A stretch of DNA of 57,501 nt from an uncultured Cocleimonas sp. (GTDB lineage: Bacteria > Pseudomonadota > Gammaproteobacteria > Thiotrichales > Thiotrichaceae): the NCBI GenBank assembly GCA_964585525.1, contig CAZPEE010000001.1, forward strand, positions 7,050-64,550, read 5' to 3'. Below are positions 33,222 through 43,329 of the stretch, one piece after another. A model generated the notes under the pieces. It was not told the DNA's origin and ran no database searches. It was given only the letters and a program-made list of their open reading frames with translations. Made by a program: the position numbers and the translations under genes. Within the stretch, counting starts at the first letter, position 1. The number at the start of each line of letters is the position of its first letter.

Positions 33222-34946
33222 ATGGATCAACAACGCCCTTTTCTTTACCTTACCTTACTGTTTTTGGGTTTTCTAATTTGGTCAACATGGCAAACAGAAC
33301 ATGCGCCTAAACCAGCTTCGACAGATACATCACAATCACAAACCGGCGCAGATACAAATAAAAATGGCAAGGTTCAAAACTCTGCAGATATTCCTACCGG
33401 TGTTACGGCGAAAGTACCCGATAATGCAACCGGTACAGTTCCTCAAAACAATGCATCAACAGACAATAAGTTAAGGGAATTACATGTAAAGACGGATGTA
33501 CTGGATTTAATCATTGATTTACAAGGTGGATCAATTGTCCAAAGTGATTTACCTACCTACCCGGTGAGTCTTGAAGAAAAAGATAAACCGATTCGCATCA
33601 TTGATCGCAATAAAAACTATGCGGCACAGTCAGGCCTTATTCATCGTGGTGCCAATGGAGCCCAACGTGCCCCAAATCATTATGCACTTTTTAGTGCCCA
33701 GCAAAAAGAATATGTTTTAAAAGAGGGCCAGGATAAGCTGATTGTCCCTATTTCCTGGACAAACCAACAGGGTATTACCGTTAACAAGATTTATAGTTTT
33801 GAACGCGGTAAATTTTTAATTCATTTAGAACAAAAAATCAATAATCAATCACAGCAGCCCTGGATTGGAAATGAATATAAGCAACTGACACATGGCGAGT
33901 ACCACCGTAACGGTAATATCATGTCGGGTGCTGTAGCATATGTTGGTGCAGCTTATTATAACGGTAAGTACACTAAAATAAGTTTTGGTAATATTGAAGA
34001 TGGTGAACTAAGCCCCTTAAAGCCATCTGAGATGACAGAGGCGGATAAAGAAAAAAGGTTTGTAAAAGGTGGCTGGGCAGCAATGATACAGCATTATTTT
34101 GTCAGTGCCTGGATACCACCACAGGATCAGGTAAATACCTATTATACGAAATATATAAAGGATAAAAAGCTTTCCATTATTGGCATAAAATCACCGGAAA
34201 AAACGATTAACCCAGGTGCCAGCGATAGCTTTAAAAGCCAGTTTTATGTTGGCCCTGCAATCCAGTCAGAATTGGAAAAAATAGCCAAAGGCCTTGATTT
34301 AACCGTTGATTACGGCATTTTTGCCTTTGTGTCGAAACCGATATTTGCGGTTATGAAGTTTATTCATAAGTATGTAGGTAATTGGGGCTGGACAATTATC
34401 TTATTGACTTTATTGATTAAAATACTGTTTTTCTACCCTTCAGCAATGGGTTACCGATCCACCGCGAAGATGAAAAAATTGGCACCCAAGCTTAAAGCGA
34501 TTAACGAAAAATACAAAAATGATCCCCAGGCCAAGCAAAAAGAAACCTTTGCGTTTTACAAGCGGGAAAAATTTAATCCAATGGGCGGTTGTTTACCCAT
34601 GCTGATACAAATGCCGGTATTCATGGGTCTTTACTGGGTACTATTGGAAAGTGTTGAATTGCGTCAGGCACCCTGGATTTTATGGTACAAGGATTTATCT
34701 ATTATGGATCCTTATTTTGTATTGCCCATATTGTATGGCATCAGTTTCTGGTTCCAGCAAAAACTTAACCCACCGATGATGCAAGACCCGATGCAGCAAA
34801 AGATATTTACCTATTTGCCACTGGTCTTCACGGTAATGTTCTTATTCTTCCCGGCAGGTCTGGTTTTATACTGGTTGGTGAATAACTTGCTAGGCATGTT
34901 CCAGCAATGGTACATCACCAAAAAAATAATGGCTGAAGATGGCTAA
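33222..34946 (+). CDS. yidC: Membrane protein insertase YidC
   Basis: GWAAMIQHYFVSAW, GNWGW.II, GGCLPMLIQMPVF, GLVLYWLVNN. Confidence 0.97.
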   Translation: MDQQRPFLYLTLLFLGFLIWSTWQTEHAPKPASTDTSQSQTGADTNKNGKVQNSADIPTGVTAKVPDNATGTVPQNNASTDNKLRELHVKTDVLDLIIDLQGGSIVQSDLPTYPVSLEEKDKPIRIIDRNKNYAAQSGLIHRGANGAQRAPNHYALFSAQQKEYVLKEGQDKLIVPISWTNQQGITVNKIYSFERGKFLIHLEQKINNQSQQPWIGNEYKQLTHGEYHRNGNIMSGAVAYVGAAYYNGKYTKISFGNIEDGELSPLKPSEMTEADKEKRFVKGGWAAMIQHYFVSAWIPPQDQVNTYYTKYIKDKKLSIIGIKSPEKTINPGASDSFKSQFYVGPAIQSELEKIAKGLDLTVDYGIFAFVSKPIFAVMKFIHKYVGNWGWTIILLTLLIKILFFYPSAMGYRSTAKMKKLAPKLKAINEKYKNDPQAKQKETFAFYKREKFNPMGGCLPMLIQMPVFMGLYWVLLESVELRQAPWILWYKDLSIMDPYFVLPILYGISFWFQQKLNPPMMQDPMQQKIFTYLPLVFTVMFLFFPAGLVLYWLVNNLLGMFQQWYITKKIMAEDG

Positions 34947-36318
34947 TTCTGGCGGTACCATTGCGGCTATTGCTACTCCTGCTGGCCGTGGTGGTGTTGG
35001 TATCATTCGGCTTTCAGGCGATACGGTTCCAGAAATTGCCGAACACATACTAGGTCATCTACCCTCACCACGCAAAGCAACCCATCGTTTATTTCTGGAT
35101 CAGACAGGCAACACCCTGGATGATGGTATTGCCTTGTATTTTCCTGCACCACATTCGTTCACAGGAGAGCATGTACTGGAATTACAGGGACATGGTGGAC
35201 AGGTAGTGATGGATATGTTGTTGCAACGGTGTGTGCAACTGGGCGCAAGACTGGCTAATCCAGGTGAATTCTCGGAACGTGCTTTCTTGAATGATAAACT
35301 GGATTTAGCCCAGGCCGAAGCGATTGCCGATTTAATTGATTCAGGTTCTGAACAGGCCGTGCGCTCGGCATTGCGTTCCCTGCAGGGAGATTTTTCCGTG
35401 GCAATTAATTCGCTTCTGGAAAAAATGATCCAGATTCGTATCTATGTGGAAGCAGCACTGGATTTTCCTGAAGAAGAGATAGATTTTTTGGCCGATAATA
35501 GCGTCACAACACGGCTGCAAGCAATAAAAGACCAATTACAATCTATTAAGAACAAGGCGACTCAAGGCAACTTACTGAGGGATGGGCTCCATTTAGTTAT
35601 CATTGGCAAGCCAAATGCGGGTAAATCCAGTTTACTTAATGTGCTGGCTGGCAATGAAACAGCAATCGTCACCGATGTAGCAGGAACCACACGGGATATT
35701 TTGCGTGAAGCAATCAATCTTGATGGTATGCCACTGCACCTGGTTGATACGGCTGGATTACGCGAAAGTAATGATCCTGTTGAAAAAATTGGTATCCAGC
35801 GTGCCTGGCAGGAAATAGAAAAAGCCGATTTAATATTACACCTCATTGATGTGTCTGATTCGCAAGACAGTGGAGAGAATCAGCAAATTCTTGAGTCCAT
35901 AAAAAGCAAGCTGGGAACTGGGTTAACCACCCTTCCACCCATTCTCACAGTCTATAATAAAATTGATTTACACTATCCGTCCCAGTCCCCTCCTAGTAAC
36001 AATACGGGCAATGAAATCTATATTTCAGCGAAACAGAAAGTGGGAATAGATGAACTCAAAGCTGTACTCAAACACCGCATGGGCTATCAGGCAGATAACG
36101 AAGGCGCCTTTATCGCCAGACGGCGCCATCTTGTCGCACTGGATAATACCCAGGCTCATGTTAACCAGGCAGAAAAACAGCTTAAAGAGTTTAATGCTGG
36201 GGAACTCATGGCTGAAGAGCTACGATTAGCGCAGGATGAACTCGGTAAAATAACGGGAAAATTCACATCAGATGATTTACTGGGTGAAATTTTTAGCAGT
36301 TTTTGTATCGGAAAATAG
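34939..36318 (+). CDS. mnmE: tRNA modification GTPase MnmE
   Basis: TIAAIAT, GKPNAGKSS, GTTRD, DTAG, NKID, FCIGK. Confidence 0.98.
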   Translation: MANSGGTIAAIATPAGRGGVGIIRLSGDTVPEIAEHILGHLPSPRKATHRLFLDQTGNTLDDGIALYFPAPHSFTGEHVLELQGHGGQVVMDMLLQRCVQLGARLANPGEFSERAFLNDKLDLAQAEAIADLIDSGSEQAVRSALRSLQGDFSVAINSLLEKMIQIRIYVEAALDFPEEEIDFLADNSVTTRLQAIKDQLQSIKNKATQGNLLRDGLHLVIIGKPNAGKSSLLNVLAGNETAIVTDVAGTTRDILREAINLDGMPLHLVDTAGLRESNDPVEKIGIQRAWQEIEKADLILHLIDVSDSQDSGENQQILESIKSKLGTGLTTLPPILTVYNKIDLHYPSQSPPSNNTGNEIYISAKQKVGIDELKAVLKHRMGYQADNEGAFIARRRHLVALDNTQAHVNQAEKQLKEFNAGELMAEELRLAQDELGKITGKFTSDDLLGEIFSSFCIGK

Positions 36319-36493
36319 AAAAATACGGTATAGATTCAGGTAAAATAGAACTTAAATCACATTTATAGGACGAATAAGTACAGATATCTTTATTTGAAAA
36401 GATAAGGATACCAAGGATAGTTCCACCCCAATGTGTGTAGGTTTGCTTTAATCCAACTGCCTCACCTAACAAAGACTATTGCACGGAGGCAAT

Positions 36494-37330
36494 ATGACAT
36501 CAGTCGTTAAATACTTTAAGGTTGTTTTTATTAGTTTAAACGGATTCCTGTTTATGCTTTCAACAGGTTTTGCAGCATCTCCATCCGTGCAACAAAACCT
36601 GATTAAAGCATCGAATATTAAATCCAGCAATAATTATGCTTTCAAGCGGTGCCGGGCTTTATCAAAACCGTTTGATAAAGCGAGTACAAAACGCAAAGCA
36701 ATCATTGTCGGGGATAGCCAGGGTTGTGATTTTTTAAATGAAGTACTGGAAAATAAATACCTTTCTAATTACCAGATACGGGTTCGTTTCATACCCTACC
36801 CTTGCCAAACCGTTTTAGGACAAAACCGGGGAAAATATATTCAACCCAAGAACAGAAAGCTTTGCTCAGATAAACGAACTGATAATTTACAAAAAGCAAG
36901 AGAACAGATACGACAGGCGGACTTGGTGATATTCTCAGCGCTTTGGAAACCGGAAGTATCCAGGCAAATGCCAGAAATTATAAATTATCTCCGCATTAGT
37001 AAAAAACAACGGTTAGTTGTGATTGGCAATAAATTCTTTGGGAAAATGGCGATAAACAAATACATACATATGCCACACAATGAATTGAGATATTTGCGAA
37101 ATGATGTTGGCACAATATCAAAGGATGTGAATACGATTTTAAGAAACAGGTTAGGGTCAAAGGCATTGTTTATTGACCCGCAGAAACTGGTTTGTGGTGA
37201 GCCGACGACATGCCCGGTTTTCACCAACAATTTGCAGTTAATATCCTACGATGGCCGTCATCTAACCAAGGCGGGAGCCCGTTATATTGGAAGGATTCTA
37301 TTTCAGAAGAGCGGCTTGAAATACATGTAA
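36494..37330 (+). CDS. Exported stand-alone SGNH-domain protein
   Basis: Signal peptide, GDSQ nucleophile motif, C....C, DGRH (DxxH); GGAGG RBS before ATG 36494. Confidence 0.75.
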   Translation: MTSVVKYFKVVFISLNGFLFMLSTGFAASPSVQQNLIKASNIKSSNNYAFKRCRALSKPFDKASTKRKAIIVGDSQGCDFLNEVLENKYLSNYQIRVRFIPYPCQTVLGQNRGKYIQPKNRKLCSDKRTDNLQKAREQIRQADLVIFSALWKPEVSRQMPEIINYLRISKKQRLVVIGNKFFGKMAINKYIHMPHNELRYLRNDVGTISKDVNTILRNRLGSKALFIDPQKLVCGEPTTCPVFTNNLQLISYDGRHLTKAGARYIGRILFQKSGLKYM

Positions 37331-37675
37331 CTACATGCGGGATATTAACCATTTGTTAAATTGGGATGTGACAATTCTTGCGTAATCACTTTCATAGCCT
37401 GCTTCGTTAAGCTGTAAATATAACTCAATAATCAACTGTTGGAAGCGGTCCTGGTCTTCCCGTGCGGATGCCATAAACCCACCCGCAATTGCCAGATCAA
37501 CTTCAGCAACAGCATTTTCCCCCACCCACCAGTTTTTATCCGATAGTTGCTGATATGCCATGTCAGGATTTATTTTCAATGTTTCCTGAATGCCTTTGAC
37601 TATATTGGCTTCAAGCACAAAATCGTATTGTCGTAAGAGGGGTTCGAGCTGATTCAGGATGCTACTAATGTTCAT
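37331..37675 (-). CDS. Hypothetical protein
   Basis: 114-aa ORF from ATG 37675, protein-like composition; no family recognised. Confidence 0.65.
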   Translation of the reverse strand: MNISSILNQLEPLLRQYDFVLEANIVKGIQETLKINPDMAYQQLSDKNWWVGENAVAEVDLAIAGGFMASAREDQDRFQQLIIELYLQLNEAGYESDYARIVTSQFNKWLISRM

Positions 37676-37689
37676 TTTCAATAAAACAG

Positions 37690-37728
37690 GAACCGCTTTT
37701 ATATGCAAAAGATATGCAAAAGCGGTTC
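37690..37728 (-). terminator. Hairpin/terminator after the Met-rich gene
   Basis: GAACCGCTTTT...AAAAGCGGTTC, followed on the minus strand by CTGTTTT. Confidence 0.55.
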
Positions 37729-37747
37729 ACAGAATACGAGTCGTCAC

Positions 37748-38380
37748 TTACTTATCTTTTTTCTGTAACTCAACCAACTCTTTTAGCAGGGATTCTATAT
37801 TGGCCAAGTGAGTTTCCATTTTTTTCATGTGTGCGGCTTTCATGGCATGGCGTTGCTGCATCATCCGCATCATGGGTGGCCTGCCCTGTTGCATGCGCTG
37901 GTTTGCCATTGGATTACCCATCTGCGCGTTGGGCATGTTGTATTGCATTCTTGGCATATTTTGCATATTCGGCATGTTTGGCATCATATTGCCGCCGCGC
38001 ATATTGTTAGGCATACCCTGGGGTGGCATCATCATTGGCCTGTTACCGCGTTGATTATTCATCATCGGGTTACCCATCATCGGCCTACCCTGCATTTTTC
38101 CCATCATTGGCATTCCGCCCTGATTGGGTTTGTTCATTGCATTGGCTGGTTGGGGCACCTGATTAGGCGTAGCAGTATGGGCAGGCATGGTATTTGCTGC
38201 AGCTTGTTTCATGGTTGTTGAGGTTGCAGGTGTAGAGTCTGCAACGTTTTGAGTAGCTGTTGTGGATTCTGTTTTTGCATTTTCAGCAGCATCCTTTGCA
38301 AAAACACTAACAGTAATCAGGGTACTCAAGCTGGATATAACGATAATTTTAGTAATGGTTGTTAGGTTTGTGTGTTTCAT
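37748..38380 (-). CDS. Exported Met/Pro/Asn/Gln-rich low-complexity protein with C-terminal coiled coil
   Basis: ATG 38380 with AGGA RBS, signal peptide ending VFA, about 34 Met in 210 aa. Confidence 0.8.
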   Translation of the reverse strand: MKHTNLTTITKIIVISSLSTLITVSVFAKDAAENAKTESTTATQNVADSTPATSTTMKQAAANTMPAHTATPNQVPQPANAMNKPNQGGMPMMGKMQGRPMMGNPMMNNQRGNRPMMMPPQGMPNNMRGGNMMPNMPNMQNMPRMQYNMPNAQMGNPMANQRMQQGRPPMMRMMQQRHAMKAAHMKKMETHLANIESLLKELVELQKKDK

Positions 38381-38418
38381 AATTTTCCTGTGTTGTAAGT
38401 TGAAAGAGTTGTATGTGT

Positions 38419-39045
38419 TTATTGTAGTGCAGTTTGAATATATTTGAGGGTGCTTTTTGCACAAATATAGTCCAAAGGGACAGAATGGTAAATTGTTTCC
38501 TGCTGGTATTGTGTTTGTAAGACTAAATCAGGGAACCCACGTGTTGATAGTTTGCGGCTCAAGCAGATTTCATCATCAAGTTTTTGTTGTGTAGTATTGC
38601 TGTTCAGGTCGTTTTGGAATTGTTCGGCATTCAGTTTTAATTGCCGGGCGAGGTTGATTAAAACATCATCATGTGAAGGGTTTTGTGCATCTAAATAATA
38701 GGCCTGTTGTATGGCGAGGATCATTTTTGGTTCATGTCTGATGTCCTGGTTACGAGCAGCAATCACGGCCCGGCAGGCTGGGTAGGTTGAGCGTCGTGGT
38801 GTGCACTTTTCCCAGAAAGTGTAATTAAATCGTGTTCCGGGCACCTTTTTTTCGATGGTCTTCCAGTGTTTTTGGATTTGTGCTTGAAGTGTAGCAGGCA
38901 TCGGCTCATTATTGTCTGGCGCAAGGCCGCCGAGAAGGTATTTTACAGTGATATTTTTTGGCAATTGTTGGCGGATTTCCCCCCAGATAGGTGCAAATGC
39001 CCAACACCAGCTACACATGGGGTCGTGTATATAATAAAGTATCAT
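38419..39045 (-). CDS. DsbA/FrnE-family thioredoxin-fold protein
   Basis: HDPMCSWCW, YPACRAV, cis-Pro GFP; no signal peptide. Confidence 0.88.
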   Translation of the reverse strand: MILYYIHDPMCSWCWAFAPIWGEIRQQLPKNITVKYLLGGLAPDNNEPMPATLQAQIQKHWKTIEKKVPGTRFNYTFWEKCTPRRSTYPACRAVIAARNQDIRHEPKMILAIQQAYYLDAQNPSHDDVLINLARQLKLNAEQFQNDLNSNTTQQKLDDEICLSRKLSTRGFPDLVLQTQYQQETIYHSVPLDYICAKSTLKYIQTALQ

Positions 39046-39081
39046 GTTTTTACCATAATGGGTTAACCAGAGGAATACACC

Positions 39082-39417
39082 ATGAATATCAAATTACTGC
39101 CTATCGTACTATTGCTTGGCCTTACTGCCTGTACACAAGAATCCCAAAATAAAATTGGCCGTGCAATTAACAACTGGACGGGAACCGATGGTGTACTAGA
39201 AGTGTATGCTGGCGATAAGCTGGTCAAGAAATTCATTAAAATTGATAAATTAACAACGGCGATTGCTACAAATAGTGATAAAGACCGTCCATATCGTTAT
39301 GGATATGGTGTTCTGGATAGCAATTTTAATGGAAAACAGGACGATGGTGAGAAAAAAGTCTATTTTGAATTCAGTGATTATTCGACGTCCTATATTTTTT
39401 ATGAAAATCCGTCCTGA
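39082..39417 (+). CDS. Hypothetical lipoprotein
   Basis: Lipobox LTAC; GAGG RBS. Confidence 0.75.
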   Translation: MNIKLLPIVLLLGLTACTQESQNKIGRAINNWTGTDGVLEVYAGDKLVKKFIKIDKLTTAIATNSDKDRPYRYGYGVLDSNFNGKQDDGEKKVYFEFSDYSTSYIFYENPS

Positions 39418-39467
39418 ATCAAAAACGATAAATTGACTGTAATAAACTTGAGCCAGGTCAAGAATCA

Positions 39468-39528
39468 CAAACAAGAATCATTTGCATTTGTTCGGTGTGG
39501 AGTATAGTATTGATAATCATTCCTGTTT
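39468..39528 (+). promoter_or_regulatory. feoABC promoter with two Fur-box-like sites
   Basis: AACAAGAATCATTTGCATT and TATTGATAATCATTCCTGTTT resemble GATAATGATAATCATTATC and overlap TTGCAT-N17-TAGTAT. Confidence 0.75.
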
Positions 39529-39548
39529 AGATTCTTTGAGAGAATAGT

Positions 39549-39797
39549 ATGCTTAACCAAGAAGTCAATGGCAAACCCCTGGCAACATATCATAAATCAG
39601 CCAGGGTTCACGTAAAAAAAATAAATGCAGATAGTAAAACGCAGGTGCGCATATTAGGTATGGGTATCGGGAATGGCTCTGACCTGGTTGTCATGCGTAA
39701 TCGGGGTGGTGATATGGTACTGGCAAAAAATAATATTCGTATAAGCCTGGGTCGTACAATTGCGGAAAAAATATTAGTGGAACAGGTTTCTGAGTAA
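39549..39797 (+). CDS. feoA: Ferrous iron transport protein A
   Basis: RILGMGI..G, RISLG...AEKILV SH3-like pattern; upstream of feoB. Confidence 0.88.
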   Translation: MLNQEVNGKPLATYHKSARVHVKKINADSKTQVRILGMGIGNGSDLVVMRNRGGDMVLAKNNIRISLGRTIAEKILVEQVSE

Positions 39798-39802
39798 ATA
39801 AA

Positions 39803-42190
39803 ATGGCAAAGGCATGTTGCGGTTCTGAACAAAATACAGAGCCCAAAAAATCAAAACAAACCCCGCATAAAGATGCACCCGACCTGGAAATTGCCCTGCT
39901 GGGTAATCCTAATTCGGGAAAAACAACGCTGTTTAATTTATTAACAGGGGCGCGTCAAAATACAGGTAACTGGCCAGGTGTTACGGTTGAACGAAAAGAA
40001 GGCTACTTCACCCTGGATGATGAGGGTATTCACAAGAAAGTGCATGTGGTTGATTTGCCTGGCACCTATTCACTAGATTATTCCAATGTTTCAGCGGATG
40101 AAAAAGTAGCCCGCCAATATGTACTGGATCACCCGGATCAGGTTTATGTCAATATCATAGATGCCAGCACCCTTGAACGCGGCCTTTACCTCACTATACA
40201 GCTGCGCGAATTAGGCGTGCCGATGGTGGTTTTTCTTAACATGATGGATGTTGCCAAAAAGCGTAATATGCAGATAGATGTAGAAAAATTATCCGCATTG
40301 CTTGGCTGTCCGGTGTTACCTGTTTCATTAAAGAAACGCCAAGGCACCGACCAGCTGCATAAACAGGTGCTGGAAAAAGCATTGCACATGTTGCATATGA
40401 AGCAAGAAGATAAGCCTCCGTGTAAGCTGGTTTATGATGAGTCTGTCGAACAAGCGCTTGCCACCATACAGAAAGATAAAAAGGTAGATAGGGTTGAGGC
40501 ACTTAAATTACTGCAAAGTACCCTGGAACATGCTGATAAAGAAATCAGTGCATTACGCCAGCAGATTGAAGAAACAACAGGTGAAGACCTGGATTTCCTA
40601 CTCGCAGAAGTCCGTTTTGAAATGGCAACAACACTCGGACAAAGCATTGTTAAAGAGCAAGGAAAAATTAGCCGAACGCTTTCAGATAAGATAGATAGCG
40701 TGGTTCTGGGTAGCTGGACAGGCATCCCTATTTTCCTGTTTTTGATGTATTTGCTGTTTACCTTTAGTATCAATTTTGGTGGTGCGCTGATTGATTTTTT
40801 CGACCTGGGCGCACAGGCAATTTTTGTTGATGGTTTTGCTGAAGCATTGGGCAGTATTGGTTCACCACAATGGTTAAGCACTATTCTGGCAAATGGTATT
40901 GGTGGTGGTGTTCAGGTGGTTGCAACCTTTATACCAATTATTGGTGCGCTGTTTTTGTTCCTGACCGTGCTGGAAGAATCCGGCTATATGGCGCGAGCTG
41001 CTTTCGTCATGGATCATTTCATGCGCCGCCTGGGTATTTCGGGCAAAGCCTTTGTCCCCTTGATTATAGGCTTTGGCTGTAATGTTCCCGGTATTATGGC
41101 GACACGCACCCTGGATAATCCACGTGAACGTATTATTACCGTGTTGATGTCGCCTTTCATGTCTTGTGGTGCACGTTTGGCCGTTTATGCGCTATTTGCT
41201 GCGGCATTTTTCCCGGTTGGTGGACAAAATATTGTATTTCTGTTGTACCTGATAGGCATCTTCTTCGCCATCATGACCGGCTTGATTATGCGCAAGACCT
41301 TATTGAAGGGTGAAGCAGAAGGTTTCTTCATGGAGCTTCCCACTTATCAAATACCGAGTCTCCGCAATGTGCTAATTAACACCTGGAACAAATTAAAAGG
41401 TTTTATCCTGGGTGCGGGTAAAATCATTATTATCGTCGTCGCACTGATCAATATCGCCAACTCATTAGGTACAGATTTTAGTTTTGGCAATGAAGATACG
41501 GAAAAATCGGTCTTAAGTGCCACGGCAAGGACGGTTACCCCAATATTTAAACCCATGGGTATTGAACAGGATAACTGGCCTGCTACGGTGGGTATTCTTA
41601 CGGGTTTGCTTGCCAAAGAAGTGGTCGTTGGTACGCTGGATGCGCTGTATTCAAAAATTGATAAGCCAGCGGACGCACAGCAAGAACAAAAGGAGGCGTT
41701 TAGCCTATCGAAACGTTTAAAAGAGGCGCTATTCACTATCCCGGCAAATCTGGGCGATGCACTTAAAAACCTGTCTGATCCCCTGGGGCTTTCCAGCGTG
41801 GTTGATGTGGAAAATGATAAGGCAGCCGCTGAGGCGAATGATGTTGATGTTTCTACCTTTGGGGCCATGCACAAACGCTTTGATGGAAAAATAGGTGCGT
41901 TTGCCTATTTGTTATTCATTTTACTTTATTTCCCCTGTGTTGCTGCAACCAGTGCCATGTTCCGGGAAACGGGTGCAAAGTGGACCATGCTGGGTGTGTC
42001 CTGGAGTACCGGACTTGCCTATGCGAGTGCGGTCATTTTCTATCAAATGGCAACCATCGCAAAACATCCTTTACAATCTGCATTGTGGGTTGCGGGTTTA
42101 CTGTTTATTTTATCCAGTACCATTTATATTTTTAAGCAGGTTGGAAACAAGTCGCAGCGCTTATCTGGCACAGCCATAAAAACGTCTTGA
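39803..42190 (+). CDS. feoB: Ferrous iron transporter B
   Basis: GNPNSGKT, NWPGVTVE, DLPGTYS, GFGCNVP, FMSCGARL, YFPC. Confidence 0.98.
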   Translation: MAKACCGSEQNTEPKKSKQTPHKDAPDLEIALLGNPNSGKTTLFNLLTGARQNTGNWPGVTVERKEGYFTLDDEGIHKKVHVVDLPGTYSLDYSNVSADEKVARQYVLDHPDQVYVNIIDASTLERGLYLTIQLRELGVPMVVFLNMMDVAKKRNMQIDVEKLSALLGCPVLPVSLKKRQGTDQLHKQVLEKALHMLHMKQEDKPPCKLVYDESVEQALATIQKDKKVDRVEALKLLQSTLEHADKEISALRQQIEETTGEDLDFLLAEVRFEMATTLGQSIVKEQGKISRTLSDKIDSVVLGSWTGIPIFLFLMYLLFTFSINFGGALIDFFDLGAQAIFVDGFAEALGSIGSPQWLSTILANGIGGGVQVVATFIPIIGALFLFLTVLEESGYMARAAFVMDHFMRRLGISGKAFVPLIIGFGCNVPGIMATRTLDNPRERIITVLMSPFMSCGARLAVYALFAAAFFPVGGQNIVFLLYLIGIFFAIMTGLIMRKTLLKGEAEGFFMELPTYQIPSLRNVLINTWNKLKGFILGAGKIIIIVVALINIANSLGTDFSFGNEDTEKSVLSATARTVTPIFKPMGIEQDNWPATVGILTGLLAKEVVVGTLDALYSKIDKPADAQQEQKEAFSLSKRLKEALFTIPANLGDALKNLSDPLGLSSVVDVENDKAAAEANDVDVSTFGAMHKRFDGKIGAFAYLLFILLYFPCVAATSAMFRETGAKWTMLGVSWSTGLAYASAVIFYQMATIAKHPLQSALWVAGLLFILSSTIYIFKQVGNKSQRLSGTAIKTS

Positions 42191-42211
42191 TTAATCTGGA
42201 CTAAGCAAGCC

Positions 42212-42484
42212 ATGAAACTCGGTGAAATCAGAAATTATGTAAAGCAACACGGCAACTCAAACTTGATTGAAGTTGCTAATCATTTCGATATTAGTAAAGA
42301 AGCTGCAAAGCTCGCGCTTGAATACTGGATAAAAAAAGGAAAAATAAAACCTGCTGGCAGTAGCTGCCAAACAAGCTGTAAAAGTGGTTGCAGCAGTGGC
42401 GGCTCTAGTTGTGGTACTGGACAGTCATCCGAAAATTACCAATGGATAGCAGATAAGCAGGAAATCCGAATACACTGGTTCTAA
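42212..42484 (+). CDS. feoC: FeoC-like winged-helix protein
   Basis: wHTH pattern, Cys cluster CQTSCKSGCSSGGSSC; after feoB. Confidence 0.8.
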   Translation: MKLGEIRNYVKQHGNSNLIEVANHFDISKEAAKLALEYWIKKGKIKPAGSSCQTSCKSGCSSGGSSCGTGQSSENYQWIADKQEIRIHWF

Positions 42485-42513
42485 CCTGAATGACATGTCA
42501 CATAACAACTCAG

Positions 42514-43326
42514 TCAAGGCAAAAACTTCGTCCAGTCACAATCATTGTCACCAATGGTAAAAAAGAAAGGATTTAACAACGAATCCTTCGTGTTATAAAG
42601 CAGTGGAGACATATCTGTTTTTACCAACTTTCCACCTGCTTCCTCAACCACACAATGCGCGGCGGCGGTATCCCATTCCGAAGTAAGCCCAAGTCGCGGG
42701 TATAAATCTGCTGCGCCTTCAGCTACCATGCACATTTTTAAGGAGCTGCCCATACTAACAAGTTCATAATGTCCCATTTCAGCTTTAACATTTGCCAGAA
42801 ATTGAGTTAGTGCTTCCCCTGCATGGGAACGGCTTCCGGCAAATATGGGCGTTTCAGGCATCTTTCGGGTATGGATTTTTTTTGCGCGCTGTTCGCCCTT
42901 CTGCTTGTAGCTACCATGGCCTTTACAGGCAAAGTAAAGGACATCCAGTGCAGGTGCATACACCACACCGAGAATGGACTTGTTTTGGTGGATAAGCGCA
43001 ATGTTTACCGTAAAGGTATCGCGGCGTTTAATAAATTCCTTGGTGCCATCAAGCGGATCAACCAACCAATAGGTTTCACGCGCAGCCCGCTCTTCAAAAG
43101 ATTGCGTGGCAGATTCTTCAGAGAGAATCGGAAACAGCGGTAAAAGTTTATTTAGCTCTTTTTCGATATGCGCATTAGCTGCAAGGTCAGCGGTTGTCAC
43201 GGGTGAATCATCCAATTTGGTTTCAATATCAAAACCATTTTCATAGACCTCCATGATTTTGTCACCGGCCTGTTTAGCGATGCGCTTGATGTGGGGAAGT
43301 AGTTTTTCCAGTTGCTTGGTGTTCAT
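42514..43326 (-). CDS. cysQ: 3'(2'),5'-bisphosphate nucleotidase
   Basis: SPVTTAD, WLVDPLDGTKEF, GSSLK, EWDTAA. Confidence 0.95.
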   Translation of the reverse strand: MNTKQLEKLLPHIKRIAKQAGDKIMEVYENGFDIETKLDDSPVTTADLAANAHIEKELNKLLPLFPILSEESATQSFEERAARETYWLVDPLDGTKEFIKRRDTFTVNIALIHQNKSILGVVYAPALDVLYFACKGHGSYKQKGEQRAKKIHTRKMPETPIFAGSRSHAGEALTQFLANVKAEMGHYELVSMGSSLKMCMVAEGAADLYPRLGLTSEWDTAAAHCVVEEAGGKLVKTDMSPLLYNTKDSLLNPFFFTIGDNDCDWTKFLP

Positions 43327-43329
43327 GAT

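Noticed and set aside
37830-38150. CRISPR-like or tandem DNA repeats (GGCAT recurrences)
   Set aside because: They are Met-Pro codons of the low-complexity protein; no constant repeat-spacer period
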